From: Balanoglossus misakiensis
Lineage: Eukaryota > Animalia > Hemichordata
DNA: 64,000 nucleotides
Assembly: GCA_040954595.2 (NCBI GenBank)
Contig: CM082577.2
Coordinates: forward strand, 17,954,303-18,018,302
Reading direction: 5' to 3'
Numbering within the stretch: position 1 is the first letter of the stretch; each line of letters begins with the position of its first letter. Below are positions 53,154 to 64,000 of this stretch, piece after piece. The translations under genes were made by a program, and so were the position numbers. The notes under the pieces were generated by a model that worked only from the letters and a program-made list of their open reading frames with translations, made no database searches and was not told the origin of the DNA.

Positions 53154-54832
53154 ACTGTCTCCTGTTATACCCAGTTGGTGGCGCTATTTCTGCCCCTGCA
53201 TCATCCGCAACAAACATCATTTCTTTGATGCGAGAACCGGGGATTGAAAGGGTAAGGTTTAGGATTGGGGTAACAATTTATTTGCTCGGCCTCACTCCCT
53301 ATATATACATAGTATATAGGGAGTGGGCAAATTAACCCAAACCCCAAACTGTCAACAAACGAGCACATATGACCAAATTTGTAAACTTTCACATTTGCAG
53401 CCATAAGGGACCGTTCAGTTTTTACGGCTGGGGGGGGGGGGTCGGCAAGTTTGTGTCATCGGTTTTCAAAATCAGGCCGACCCCCCCCCTTCACCCAGCA
53501 CCAAAAAATGATGACCCCCCCCCCTTTGACAGACCCAAAAATATGATGACCCCCCCCCCCACGCTGAAAACTTTCGCCGTCCTGATCCTATGTACACTGT
53601 ATGCAATAAAGGGAATGAGGCTCCTCACACCTCAATTATAAATTTCTTAAAAGTAATTGAAGTATATAATAATATCGTTGCAATAAAGAAATCTATGATC
53701 AAAATAAAATGACAAGTCAATACAACAGTTGCTAGAATTGGTAAAACAAGAAAAGTGGCGGGGGTGGGTGTCCCCCTCCCACATAAGAAAATTTTGTAAA
53801 ATACGGTGCTCAAAGTTGCATTTTAATGAACTCAAAAGCAAATTAACTCAATGTTAGGCCGGAAAAATTTTAATTTTGGCACTCCACTCTAAGTAAGCAT
53901 CGGGGTGGGGTGGCAAGAAGTCTGGCCGGCCTGGTGCACTAGACAAACCAGCAAATAAATGATTTGTGGCGAAGAATGGAGGGGGTGGGAGTGGGAGGGG
54001 GTGGTCCCCTCCCACATGAGAAAATTTTGTAAAATAAAGGACGCGAAACTGCAATTTTGTGGACTCAAAAGTAAAAGTTCGGTGGCAAAAGAATGTGACC
54101 CCCCTAAACGTTTTAAAAAAACAGATGACCCCCCCTGTTACGATTGTACTACGAATGCATATAATTTAAATATCAGTGGTGGATGAACAATAAGGGTGTA
54201 CGTCATTAACATAGCGTTAGCTGTAGTAGCCGAACACCTGTGTATTTAGAATATTACGTTAGGCTTTTGATTTTTGACTCTCGGCAACGGCAGTCAAGTG
54301 GCGTGAGCCGTCCAGAAAACAGACAAGTTGAGCTCGGCCATGAGCGACGGGGACTGGAATCTTGTAATCCACGTGGGAGCTCGGTGTTGAAGTTCAGCAC
54401 GTCGGTATGTCCTGTTGGTTTGAATTCAGCGTTGCTCTCGGACTTAAAATGCATGTCTACGCCTGCAACTGTAAGTGAAGTGAACCTGTTACTTTCTTCT
54501 GAGAGGACTTCAGGAAAGAACTGTGTGAGAAAGCAGCACGCCAGCGTGAACCAGCGTCGGGTCGGTGCGGAGAACTCACGGAACACTGAATTATCGCGTC
54601 CGCTCACCACGTGTGTAATATTACCACGGAACTGATACAAGTTTCTTGAGGACATTACAATATTTCAGTAAGAACCCTAGTAACATTTAAGTTTCAGTGC
54701 TTGTACTATGATATTATTTTTCTTCCTGTGACAAATAGATTCGCAGTGAAACATATAACTTTGGGTGTACTGTGTATCATTGTTGTTGCTGTCTGGGTGT
54801 TTGTGTTGCGAGTTTTCGGTTCGTAACATAAT

Positions 54833-54849
54833 TGGGGGCTCGTCCGGGA
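54833..54849 (+). other. Primer binding site complementary to tRNA-Pro
   Basis: TGGGGGCTCGTCCGGGA, 4 nt after the 5' LTR; matches the known tRNA-Pro PBS. Confidence 0.92.
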
Positions 54850-54958
54850 GCTGAATTTTGTGACTACAAAACTAAATTCTTGAGAGGGAATTAACCCTCA
54901 TAGGTTTGTTTGTGAAGCAGGTAAATTTTTGCTAAAACTTACCAGACAGCCAGCAACA

Positions 54959-56176
54959 ATGAGTAATATTGAAGAATTCGTAACATCTCCCACCACTCGG
55001 GTTTTAGACGAACTTAAGAAAATAGAGCTGCTAGCCGTTGTGCAGAAATTACAAATTGAAGGGGTCAGAGCGTCTATGACTAAATCAGAACTCAAGAAAA
55101 TTATTGTTGAATATTATGTCGAAGAAGATGTGTTTAGTGAAGAGACCTTAAAGCAATATCAGGCAAAGCCCACAGAAGGAACAGAGTTGAAAAGATTGGA
55201 ATTAGAGTTAGCATTTAGACGGCTTGAACAAGAGAAGGAAATGAAAATTCTCGAACTGCAAATGCAAGAAAGAGAAAAAGAGAAAGATAGGCAGTTTCAA
55301 CTGGAAAGATTGAGATTGAATTCTGACTTGGACATTTCATCCTCTGCAACTTTTTCACCAAGTCGAGAAGTTAGAATGGTTCCGCCTTTTAACGAACAAG
55401 AGGTTGATAAGTATTTTCAACATTTCGAGAAAGTTGCCGCAAATCTAACATGGCCTAGACAATATTGGCCTTTAATGCTTCAAAGTGTGTTGAAGGGTAA
55501 GGCACAACAGCCTTTTTCTGCTCTTTCTGTGGCCGATTGTGCCAATTATGATCTGGTAAAAGCTGCTATTTTAAAGGCGTATGAACTTGTCCCTGAAGCT
55601 TACAGACAAAAATTCAGGGGCTTACGTAAACAAGAAAATCAAACGCATGTTGAATTTGCTCATGACAAAGATGTATACTTTGAAAGGTGGTGCACCTCAA
55701 AGCAAGTTGATAATGATTTCGATAAACTTAAACAGCTCATATTGATAGAGGAATTCAAAAGATGTGTTCGTGATGATGTAAAAACATATCTTGATGAGAA
55801 AGATGTTCAAACTTTGGAACACGCAGCGATGGTGGCCGACGATTTTGCGTTAACCCACAAGCCGAAATTTCAAATTTCAAAGACTTACAGTAGACAGCCC
55901 AGAATTGATAAAGATGTCCGCAATAGCGAATTGCCACGTGAAGTACGATCAAGCACCGTATTTAATAAGAGTGGTTTTCAGCCGACAAAATCTGACAGTG
56001 GTAACGCAGATAAGGGTAAACCTAGAGTCCTAACTTGTCATTATTGTAAAAAGGCAGGGCATATTATGGCCGAATGTTGGAAGTTGAAAAGAAAGAATGA
56101 ATCTTTGCCAAATGCTCTTGTTTCCTCATATAAGAGTATTTCGGATAGTGCACCTGATAATATTTGTATCGATTGA
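54959..56176 (+). CDS. gag: Gag (coiled coil, capsid/SCAN-related region, CCHC knuckle)
   Basis: ATG at 54959. VPPFNEQEVDKYFQHFEKVA, YELVPEAYRQKFR, CHYCKKAGHIMAEC. Confidence 0.93.
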   Translation: MSNIEEFVTSPTTRVLDELKKIELLAVVQKLQIEGVRASMTKSELKKIIVEYYVEEDVFSEETLKQYQAKPTEGTELKRLELELAFRRLEQEKEMKILELQMQEREKEKDRQFQLERLRLNSDLDISSSATFSPSREVRMVPPFNEQEVDKYFQHFEKVAANLTWPRQYWPLMLQSVLKGKAQQPFSALSVADCANYDLVKAAILKAYELVPEAYRQKFRGLRKQENQTHVEFAHDKDVYFERWCTSKQVDNDFDKLKQLILIEEFKRCVRDDVKTYLDEKDVQTLEHAAMVADDFALTHKPKFQISKTYSRQPRIDKDVRNSELPREVRSSTVFNKSGFQPTKSDSGNADKGKPRVLTCHYCKKAGHIMAECWKLKRKNESLPNALVSSYKSISDSAPDNICID

Positions 56177-59100
56177 GTGACCGATTGTATTCCTAAACCA
56201 GTTGGAAAATCTGATTCTGTGCGTGAAGAGTATTTGCCATTTGTGTCAGAGGGTTACGTCTCGTTGGATAAACAATCCAGTCCTACGCCTATTAAGATTC
56301 TTCGTGATACCGGAGCTACTCAATCTCTTTTGGTCGGTGACGTATTAGAGTTTGGTAAGGAGTCTGCTACTGGTGAATCTGTTTTAGCTCAGGGCATTGA
56401 GGGCAGGTATGTTAATGTACCCTTGCATAATGTACACTTGAAATCAGATTTGGTTACCGGATTTGTGACAGTAGGTCTGAGACCTAGTCTACCTGTAAAG
56501 GGGGTCTCTTTATTGTTAGGCAACGACTTGGCTGGGGGCAAAGTGGCACCTATCATCCATCTGACTGATAAACCGAGTATTTGTGACGAAAAGGATGAAG
56601 TTCAGGACGACGGCCTAAATTTATATCCAGCGTGTGTTGTTACTCGGGGAATGGCAAAACGGGCCCTTGAGGATGGTGATTTGCACGATAACGTCGTTGA
56701 TTTGTCTGAGACATTTTTCGGTTGTTTAGATAACACTAGTGACGACTCTGATAGTGATCAGAAAAACAAAAACGTTGAAATAACGTCTGATTTGTCTCTA
56801 TCTAGAAAACAACTTGTCGCCGAACAAGAAAGGGATGATGATATTAAGCTTCTGAAGGATAAAGCCCTTTCAAAAGAGGATCTTGATAAAATTACGGTTG
56901 GGTTCTATATTGATAATGGAGTGCTAATGAGAAAATGGCGTCCGTTAGAAGCCCCAGCAAATGAAGAATGGGCTGTGGTGCATCAGGTTGTGGTACCAAA
57001 AGTGTATAGAAATGAAATTCTTCATCTTGCCCATAAGTTCCCTATGGGAGGACATTTGGGAATAAATAAAACTATGGATAGAATTTTGAGACATTTCTTT
57101 TGGCCAGGTTTGAAAAGGGATGTATCTGAATATTGTAAATCGTGTCACACTTGCCAGGTTGTGGGTAAACCAAATGCTACAACTCCAGTGGCACCTCTTC
57201 AGCCAATCCCAGCCTTTGGGGAGCCTTTCAGTAGGATTGTCATTGACTGTGTGGGGCCCTTACCAGTAACAAAATCAGGAAACCGGTATTTGTTGACGAT
57301 TATGTGTGCAGCTACCCGATTTCCTGAAGCTATTCCACTCCGAAATATAAAAGCACCCACAATCTCCAAGGCTTTGCTTAAATTTTTCACACTGGTAGGT
57401 TTGCCAAAAGAGGCGCAGTCTGACCAGGGGTCAAATTTTATGTCGGGCCTGTTTCAGCAAGTTCTTTATCATTTGGGAACTAAACAGATCAAATCTAGTG
57501 CCTATCACCCAGAGTCACAAGGTGCATTGGAAAGGTTTCATTCTACCCTGAAAACTATGATGAAAACGTATTGTCACGATAATCAGAAAGATTGGGATGA
57601 AGGAATACCCTTGCTGCTGTTTGCTGTCAGAGAAAGTGTCCAGGAATCTCTTGGGTTCAGTCCATTTGAGCTAGTGTTTGGTCATAGGGTCCGAGGGCCC
57701 CGGTCACTAGTAAAAGACCAGTGGACAGATAATGATTCAAAACTGAACCTGTTAGACTATGTCTCGAAATTCAAAGAAAGATTATATCAAGTTTGCGCAT
57801 TGGCTAGAAATAATCTTAAAGCGTCTCAGAGTAAAATGAAAGTCTGGTATGATAGAAAAGCCAGAACTAGGGAGTTTAGACCTGGTAACTTAGTGCTCGT
57901 GTTATTTCCAACTCAAGACAATCCATTACATGTCATATTTAGTGGTCCTTATGAAGTATTAAAGAAAGTAAATGAAGTCGACTATGTGGTGAAAACGCCA
58001 GATCGTCGAAGGCCAACACAACTATGCCATATAAATATGTTAAAACCGTACTACCAAGAACAGAAAACTGTCAATTTGGTAAATATTTGCCAAGAAACGA
58101 CTGAAGCGCCTGATGAACCACATTTCAAGGGGAAGGATATTATAAAACCGAAATTGAACAATTCAGACATTTTGGACCATCTGGATGGAAAGTTGAATCA
58201 CTTAGACTTTCCTAAAAGGCAGGAGTTAAAAGATCTCATATTTAAATATAGGGATTTGTTTCCTGATGTACCGAGGAGAACAAATGTGGTTCAACATGAC
58301 GTGGATGTTGGTGATGCTAGGCCTATTAAACAACACCCATATAGAGTAAATCCTGTTAAAAGTGAGCTTATGGAAAAAGAAATTCAGTACATGTTAGAAA
58401 ATGACATCATTCAACCTAGTCATAGTGACTGGAGCTCCCCATGTGTAATGGTTCCTAAGCCAGATGGCAGTGTACGTTTCTGTACAGATTTCCGTAAGGT
58501 CAATGCTGTCACAAAATCTGATTCCTATCCTATACCGAGGGTGAATGACTGTATTGATAAAATTGGAAAAGCAAAATATGTCACAAAAGTGGATTTGCTG
58601 AAAGGTTATTGGGGTGTCCCACTGACCGACAGAGCTCGAGAAATATCTGCATTTGTAACTCCAACTGGGCTGTACGAGTACAATGTAATGCCGTTTGGCA
58701 TGAAAAATGCACCGGCCACTTTTCAAAGAATGGTTGACAAAACAATTAGGGGTTTGGGGAGTTGTGGATCGTATATTGATGACATTATTACTGCTGATGA
58801 TAAGTGGGCAGCCCATCTTGTTGCCATAGAGATGTTGTTTCAGAGATTACTTGCAGCCAACTTGACTGTTAATTTGGCTAAATGCGAGTTTGGACAAGCA
58901 ACTGTAATATTTTTAAGACACAATGTAGGGCAGGGCCGAGTTGCCCCAGTCGAAGCGAAAGTGACGGCTATTGTTGATTATTCCGTTCCTACAACCAAGA
59001 GAGCACTGATGCGTTTTCTGGGAATGGCTGGGTATTACCGAAAATTTTGTAAGAATTTTGCAGATGTCGCTTCACCACTGACTGAACTGTTAAAGAAAGA

Positions 59101-59575
59101 CAAGAAATTTGTTTGGAATGCCGCGTGTCAAAGGGCATTTGAAGGCCTCAAAGCTATTCTCCAGAATGCGCCAGTGCTCAAAGCCCCTGACTTTACTAAA
59201 GCGTTTGCATTAGCAGTCGATGCCAGTGACAATGCCGCTGGGGCTGTATTGCTGCAGAAAGATGATGAAGGTGGCATTGAACATCCTGTATGTTATTTTT
59301 CAAGAAAATTTAATTCTCACCAGAAGAATTACTCCACTATTGAGAAAGAATTATTAGCTTTGGTGTTGGCCGTACAGCATTTTGAAGTGTATGTTCACAG
59401 CGCCTTTCCATTGGTTGTGTATACGGATCATAATCCTTTGACGTTCTTACACAGAATGAAAAGAAAGAATCGCAGAATCTTAAATTGGAGCCTACTGTTG
59501 CAGGAATATACGCTCGAAATCAAACACATTAAGGGCAAAGACAACATTGTCGCAGATAGTTTGTCTCGATGTTAA
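56177..59575 (+). CDS. pol: Pol with order protease - integrase - reverse transcriptase - RNase H
   Basis: LRDTGA; HHCC zinc finger, IDCVGP/SDQG/ERFH DDE core and GPY motif; then RT (MPFGMKNAPATFQR, YIDD) and RNase H (VDASD, YTDHNPL). Same frame as gag. Confidence 0.96.
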   Translation: MTDCIPKPVGKSDSVREEYLPFVSEGYVSLDKQSSPTPIKILRDTGATQSLLVGDVLEFGKESATGESVLAQGIEGRYVNVPLHNVHLKSDLVTGFVTVGLRPSLPVKGVSLLLGNDLAGGKVAPIIHLTDKPSICDEKDEVQDDGLNLYPACVVTRGMAKRALEDGDLHDNVVDLSETFFGCLDNTSDDSDSDQKNKNVEITSDLSLSRKQLVAEQERDDDIKLLKDKALSKEDLDKITVGFYIDNGVLMRKWRPLEAPANEEWAVVHQVVVPKVYRNEILHLAHKFPMGGHLGINKTMDRILRHFFWPGLKRDVSEYCKSCHTCQVVGKPNATTPVAPLQPIPAFGEPFSRIVIDCVGPLPVTKSGNRYLLTIMCAATRFPEAIPLRNIKAPTISKALLKFFTLVGLPKEAQSDQGSNFMSGLFQQVLYHLGTKQIKSSAYHPESQGALERFHSTLKTMMKTYCHDNQKDWDEGIPLLLFAVRESVQESLGFSPFELVFGHRVRGPRSLVKDQWTDNDSKLNLLDYVSKFKERLYQVCALARNNLKASQSKMKVWYDRKARTREFRPGNLVLVLFPTQDNPLHVIFSGPYEVLKKVNEVDYVVKTPDRRRPTQLCHINMLKPYYQEQKTVNLVNICQETTEAPDEPHFKGKDIIKPKLNNSDILDHLDGKLNHLDFPKRQELKDLIFKYRDLFPDVPRRTNVVQHDVDVGDARPIKQHPYRVNPVKSELMEKEIQYMLENDIIQPSHSDWSSPCVMVPKPDGSVRFCTDFRKVNAVTKSDSYPIPRVNDCIDKIGKAKYVTKVDLLKGYWGVPLTDRAREISAFVTPTGLYEYNVMPFGMKNAPATFQRMVDKTIRGLGSCGSYIDDIITADDKWAAHLVAIEMLFQRLLAANLTVNLAKCEFGQATVIFLRHNVGQGRVAPVEAKVTAIVDYSVPTTKRALMRFLGMAGYYRKFCKNFADVASPLTELLKKDKKFVWNAACQRAFEGLKAILQNAPVLKAPDFTKAFALAVDASDNAAGAVLLQKDDEGGIEHPVCYFSRKFNSHQKNYSTIEKELLALVLAVQHFEVYVHSAFPLVVYTDHNPLTFLHRMKRKNRRILNWSLLLQEYTLEIKHIKGKDNIVADSLSRC

Positions 59576-59625
59576 ATTTGATTTTTTTTGATAAGTTTTG
59601 CCATGACATGTCAAAATTATCTTTC

Positions 59626-59636
59626 GGTGGGGGAGG
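59626..59636 (+). other. Polypurine tract
   Basis: GGTGGGGGAGG immediately before the 3' LTR. Confidence 0.85.
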
Positions 59637-60599
59637 TGTTACGATTGTACTACGAATGCATATAATTTAAATATCAGTGGTGGATGAACAATAAGGGTGT
59701 ACGTCATTAACATAGCGTTAGCTGTAGTAGCCGAACACCTGTGTATTTAGAATATTACGTTAGGCTTTTGATTTTTGACTCTCGGCAACGGCAGTCAAGT
59801 GGCGTGAGCCGTCCAGAAAACAGACAAGTTGAGCTCGGCCATGAGCGACGGGGACTGGAATCTTGTAATCCACGTGGGAGCTCGGTGTTGAAGTTCAGCA
59901 CGTCGGTATGTCCTGTTGGTTTGAATTCAGCGTTGCTCTCGGACTTAAAATGCATGTCTACGCCTGCAACTGTAAGTGAAGTGAACCTGTTACTTTCTTC
60001 TGAGAGGACTTCAGGAAAGAACTGTGTGAGAAAGCAGCACGCCAGCGTGAACCAGCGTCGGGTCGGTGCGGAGAACTCACGGAACACTGAATTATCGCGT
60101 CCGCTCACCACGTGTGTAATATTACCACGGAACTGATACAAGTTTCTTGAGGACATTACAATATTTCAGTAAGAACCCTAGTAACATTTAAGTTTCAGTG
60201 CTTGTACTATGATATTATTTTTCTTCCTGTGACAAATAGATTCGCAGTGAAACATATAACTTTGGGTGTACTGTGTATCATTGTTGTTGCTGTCTGGGTG
60301 TTTGTGTTGCGAGTTTTCGGTTCGTAACACCCCCCTTTTAGACTTCAAAATTTAAGTGACCCCCCCCCCCCTGGATTTTGCCGCCCCCCCCGGCCGTAAA
60401 AACTGAACGGTCCCTAAAGTAATTGAAGTATATAATAGTATATCGTTGCAATAAAGAAATCTATGAATAAATTAAAATGACAAACCAATACAATAGTGAA
60501 CAGAATTGGTAAAACAAGATAATTGAAGGGATGGGTGTGGGAGGGGGTGTCCCCGCCCAACTAAGAAAATTTTAATGAACTCAATGTTGGGGAGGATAA

Positions 60600-62582
60600 G
60601 GGACCGTTCAGATTTTACGGCAGGGGGGGGGGCGGCAAGTTTGTGTCATCGGTTCTCAAAATCAGGCTGACCCCCCTTCACCCAGGACCAAAAAATGATG
60701 ACCCCCCCTTTGACAGACCCAAAAATATGATGACCCCCCCCCCCCACGCCCAAAACATTCGCCATCCTGATCCTATGTACACTGTATGCAATAAAGGGAA
60801 TGAGGCTCCTCACACCTCAATTATAAATTTCTTAAAGTATTATTGAAGTATATAATAGTATATCGTTGCAATAAAGAAATCCATGAACAAATTAAAATGG
60901 CAAGTCAATATAATAGTTGCTAGAATCTGTAAAACAAGAAAAGTGACGGTGCTCAAAGTTGCAATTTAATGAACTCAAAAGCAAATTAACTCAATGTTAG
61001 GGAGAACAAATTTTAATTTTGCCACTCCACTCAACGTAAGCATCGGGGGGTGGGGTGGCAAGAAGTCTTCCCTGTTACACTAGACAAACCAGTGAATAAA
61101 TGCAATGTGGCGAAGAATGGAGGGGGTGGGTGTACACTGTGTGCAATAAAGGGAATGAGGCTCCTCACACCTCAATTATAAATTTCTTAAAGTAATTAAA
61201 GTATATAATAGTATATCGTTGCAATAAAGAAATCTATGAACAAAATAAAATGACAAGTCAATACAACAGTTGCTAGAATTGGTAAAACAAGAAAAGTGGC
61301 GGGGGTGGGTGTCCCCCTCCCACACAAGAAATTTTTGTAAAATATGTAGCGCAAAGTTGCATTTTAATGAACTCAAAAGCAAATTATCTCAATGTTCGGG
61401 AGGACCAATTTTACTTTTTGCCACTCCACTCAAAGTTAGAAGATTTGGCGTCATCTTCGTCATGATATCATTTATAAATCTTCTAGTATATAGAAGATGC
61501 AGCGCGAAACTATCAGTTATGCAAAATGGTTTAAACAATTATTCTACTTTATGTATTCACTTTGTTAAATATTATCATCGGTGGGGTTGGGGTGGCAAGC
61601 ACTCTGCCCTGGTACACTAGACAAACCAGCAAAAAATGAAATGTGGCGGAGAATGAAGGGGGTGGGCATGGGAGGGGGTGCCCACATTAGAAAATTTTGT
61701 AAAATAAAGGGTGTGAAACTGCAATTTTGTGGACTCAAAAGCAAAAGTTCGGTGGCAAAAGTATGTGACCCCCCCCTAAACGTTTAAAAAAAACAGATGA
61801 CCCCCCCTGTTACGATTGTACTACGAATGCATATAATTTAAATATCAGTGGTGGATGAACAATAAGGGTGTACGTCATTAACATAGCGTTAGCTGTAGTA
61901 GCCGAACACCTGTGTATTTAGAATATTACGTTAGGCTTTTGATTTTTGACTCTCGGCAACGGCAGTCAAGTGGCGTGAGCCGTCCAGAAAACAGACAAGT
62001 TGAGCTCGGCCATGAGCGACGGGGACTGGAATCTTGTAATCCACGTGGGAGCTCGGTGTTGAAGTTCAGCACGTCGGTATGTCCTGTTGGTTTGAATTCA
62101 GCGTTGCTCTCGGACTTAAAATGCATGTCTACGCCTGCAACTGTAAGTGAAGTGAACCTGTTACTTTCTTCTGAGAGGACTTCAGGAAAGAACTGTGTGA
62201 GAAAGCAGCACGCCAGCGTGAACCAGCGTCGGGTCGGTGCGGAGAACTCACGGAACACTGAATTATCGCGTCCGCTCACCACGTGTGTAATATTACCACG
62301 GAACTGATACAAGTTTCTTGAGGACATTACAATATTTCAGTAAGAACCCTAGTAACATTTAAGTTTCAGTGCTTGTACTATGATATTATTTTTCTTCCTG
62401 TGACAAATAGATTCGCAGTGAAACATATAACTTTGGGTGTACTGTGTATCATTGTTGTTGCTGTCTGGGTGTTTGTGTTGCGAGTTTTCGGTTCGTAACA
62501 CCCCCCTTTTAGACTTCAAAATTTAAGTGACCCCCCCCCTGGATTTTGCCGCCCCCCCCGGCCGTAAAAACTGAACGGTCCC
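60600..62582. mobile_element. MITE copy B (chimeric) containing the solo LTR
   Basis: TAA|GGGACCGTTCAGATTTTACGGC ... CTGAACGGTCCC|TAA. The left part matches copy C and the right end matches copy A. Confidence 0.8.
61808..62500 (+). mobile_element. Solo LTR of the same element
   Basis: 693 bp, apparently identical to the other two LTRs. No PPT before and no PBS after. Same C7/C6 flanks. Confidence 0.95.
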
Positions 62583-62767
62583 TAAAGTAATTGAAGTATA
62601 TAATAGTATATCGTTGCAATAAAGAAATCTATGAATAAATTAAAATGACAAACCAATACAATAGTGAACAGAATTGGTAAAACAAGATAATTGAAGGGAT
62701 GGGTGTGGGAGGGGGTGTCCCCGCCCAACTAAGAAAATTTTAATGAACTCAATGTTGGGGAGGATAA

Positions 62768-63992
62768 GGGACCGTTCAGATTTTACGGCAGGGGGGGGGG
62801 GCGGCAAGTTTGTGTCATCGGTTCTCAAAATCAGGCTGACCCCCCTTCACCCAGGACCAAAAAATGATGACCCCCCCTTTGACAGACCCAAAAATATGAT
62901 GACCCCCCCCCCCCCACGCCCAAAACATTCGCCATCCTGATCCTATGTACACTGTATGCAATAAAGGGAATGAGGCTCCTCACACCTCAATTATAAATTT
63001 CTTAAAGTATTATTGAAGTATATAATAGTATATCGTTGCAATAAAGAAATCCATGAACAAATTAAAATGGCAAGTCAATATAATAGTTGCTAGAATCTGT
63101 AAAACAAGAAAAGTGACGGTGCTCAAAGTTGCAATTTAATGAACTCAAAAGCAAATTAACTCAATGTTAGGGAGAACAAATTTTAATTTTGCCACTCCAC
63201 TCAACGTAAGCATCGGGGGGTGGGGTGGCAAGAAGTCTTCCCTGTTACACTAGACAAACCAGTGAATAAATGCAATGTGGCGAAGAATGGAGGGGGTGGG
63301 TGTACACTGTGTGCAATAAAGGGAATGAGGCTCCTCACACCTCAATTATAAATTTCTTAAAGTAATTAAAGTATATAATAGTATATCGTTGCAATAAAGA
63401 AATCTATGAACAAAATAAAATGACAAGTCAATACAACAGTTGCTAGAATTGGTAAAACAAGAAAAGTGGCGGGGGTGGGTGTCCCCCTCCCACACAAGAA
63501 ATTTTTGTAAAATATGTAGCGCAAAGTTGCATTTTAATGAACTCAAAAGCAAATTATCTCAATGTTCGGGAGGACCAATTTTACTTTTTGCCACTCCACT
63601 CAAAGTTAGAAGATTTGGCGTCATCTTCGTCATGATATCATTTATAAATCTTCTAGTATATAGAAGATGCAGCGCGAAACTATCAGTTATGCAAAATGGT
63701 TTAAACAATTATTCTACTTTATGTATTCACTTTGTTAAATATTATGTGGCGGAGAATGAAGGGGGTGGGCATGGGAGGGGGTGCCCACATTAGAAAATTT
63801 TGTAAAATAAAGGGTGTGAAACTGCAATTTTGTGGACTCAAAAGCAAAAGTTCGGTGGCAAAAGTATGTGACCCCCCCTAAACGTTTAAAAAAAACAGAT
63901 GACCCCCCCCCTTTTGGATTTCAAAATTTAAGTGACCCCCCCCCCCCCTGGATTTTGCCGGGTCCCCAGGGCCACAAAAACGGTACAGTCCC
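62768..63992. mobile_element. MITE copy C with an empty LTR target site
   Basis: Near-identical to 60600-61807 except for a ~67 bp deletion. CAGATGA-C9-TTTT is uninterrupted at ~63896-63915. Diverged right TIR ...CAGTCCC|TTA. Confidence 0.8.
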
Positions 63993-64000
63993 TTATTTAC

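Larger units (their letters stand above)
54136..60329 (+). mobile_element. Full-length Gmr1-like Ty3/gypsy LTR retrotransposon
   Basis: 693-bp LTRs (54136-54828, 59637-60329) bounded by TGTTACGA...TCGTAACA and apparently identical. PBS, PPT, gag and pol are present. The CCCC TSD is inferred from 7+6 flanking Cs versus 9 at the empty site. Confidence 0.97.
53407..60414. mobile_element. Harbinger-like MITE copy A, split by the LTR retrotransposon
   Basis: TAA|GGGACCGTTCAGTTTTTACGGC ... GCCGTAAAAACTGAACGGTCCC|TAA. Confidence 0.85.

Noticed and set aside
54240-54655. Overlapping sense (131 aa) and antisense (133 aa) ORFs repeated three times
   Set aside because: They lie inside the LTR, so the repetition is just LTR identity. 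No recognisable domain, and the + ORF has a non-ATG start.
60330-63992. CRISPR-like or satellite interpretation of the repeated blocks
   Set aside because: Eukaryotic context. The repeats are MITE copies with TIRs and TWA TSDs, not repeat-spacer units.

Overview
AT-rich animal genomic DNA with GT-AG introns, probably from a marine invertebrate deuterostome (inferred from gene and transposon content). It holds three host genes: a multi-exon myocardin/MRTF-family gene on + (~1.7-16.3 kb, probably with a long 3' UTR), a convergent DCUN1D3-like gene on - (single coding exon at 32.0-33.0 kb, probable promoter near 45.4 kb) and two exons of a von Willebrand type D domain gene on - (48-51 kb). The rest is dominated by transposons. 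These include a young Gmr1-type Ty3/gypsy LTR element (integrase before RT, one in-frame stop between gag and pol) and a decayed LINE inside a three-level nest. There are also many MITEs and several unrelated 'hairpin plus subterminal inverted repeat' elements, one carrying a Crypton-like coding remnant. The most striking structure is at 53.4-64 kb, where three neighbouring copies of one MITE carry a full provirus, a solo LTR and an empty site at the same poly-C position. All coordinates were read by eye and no searches were run.
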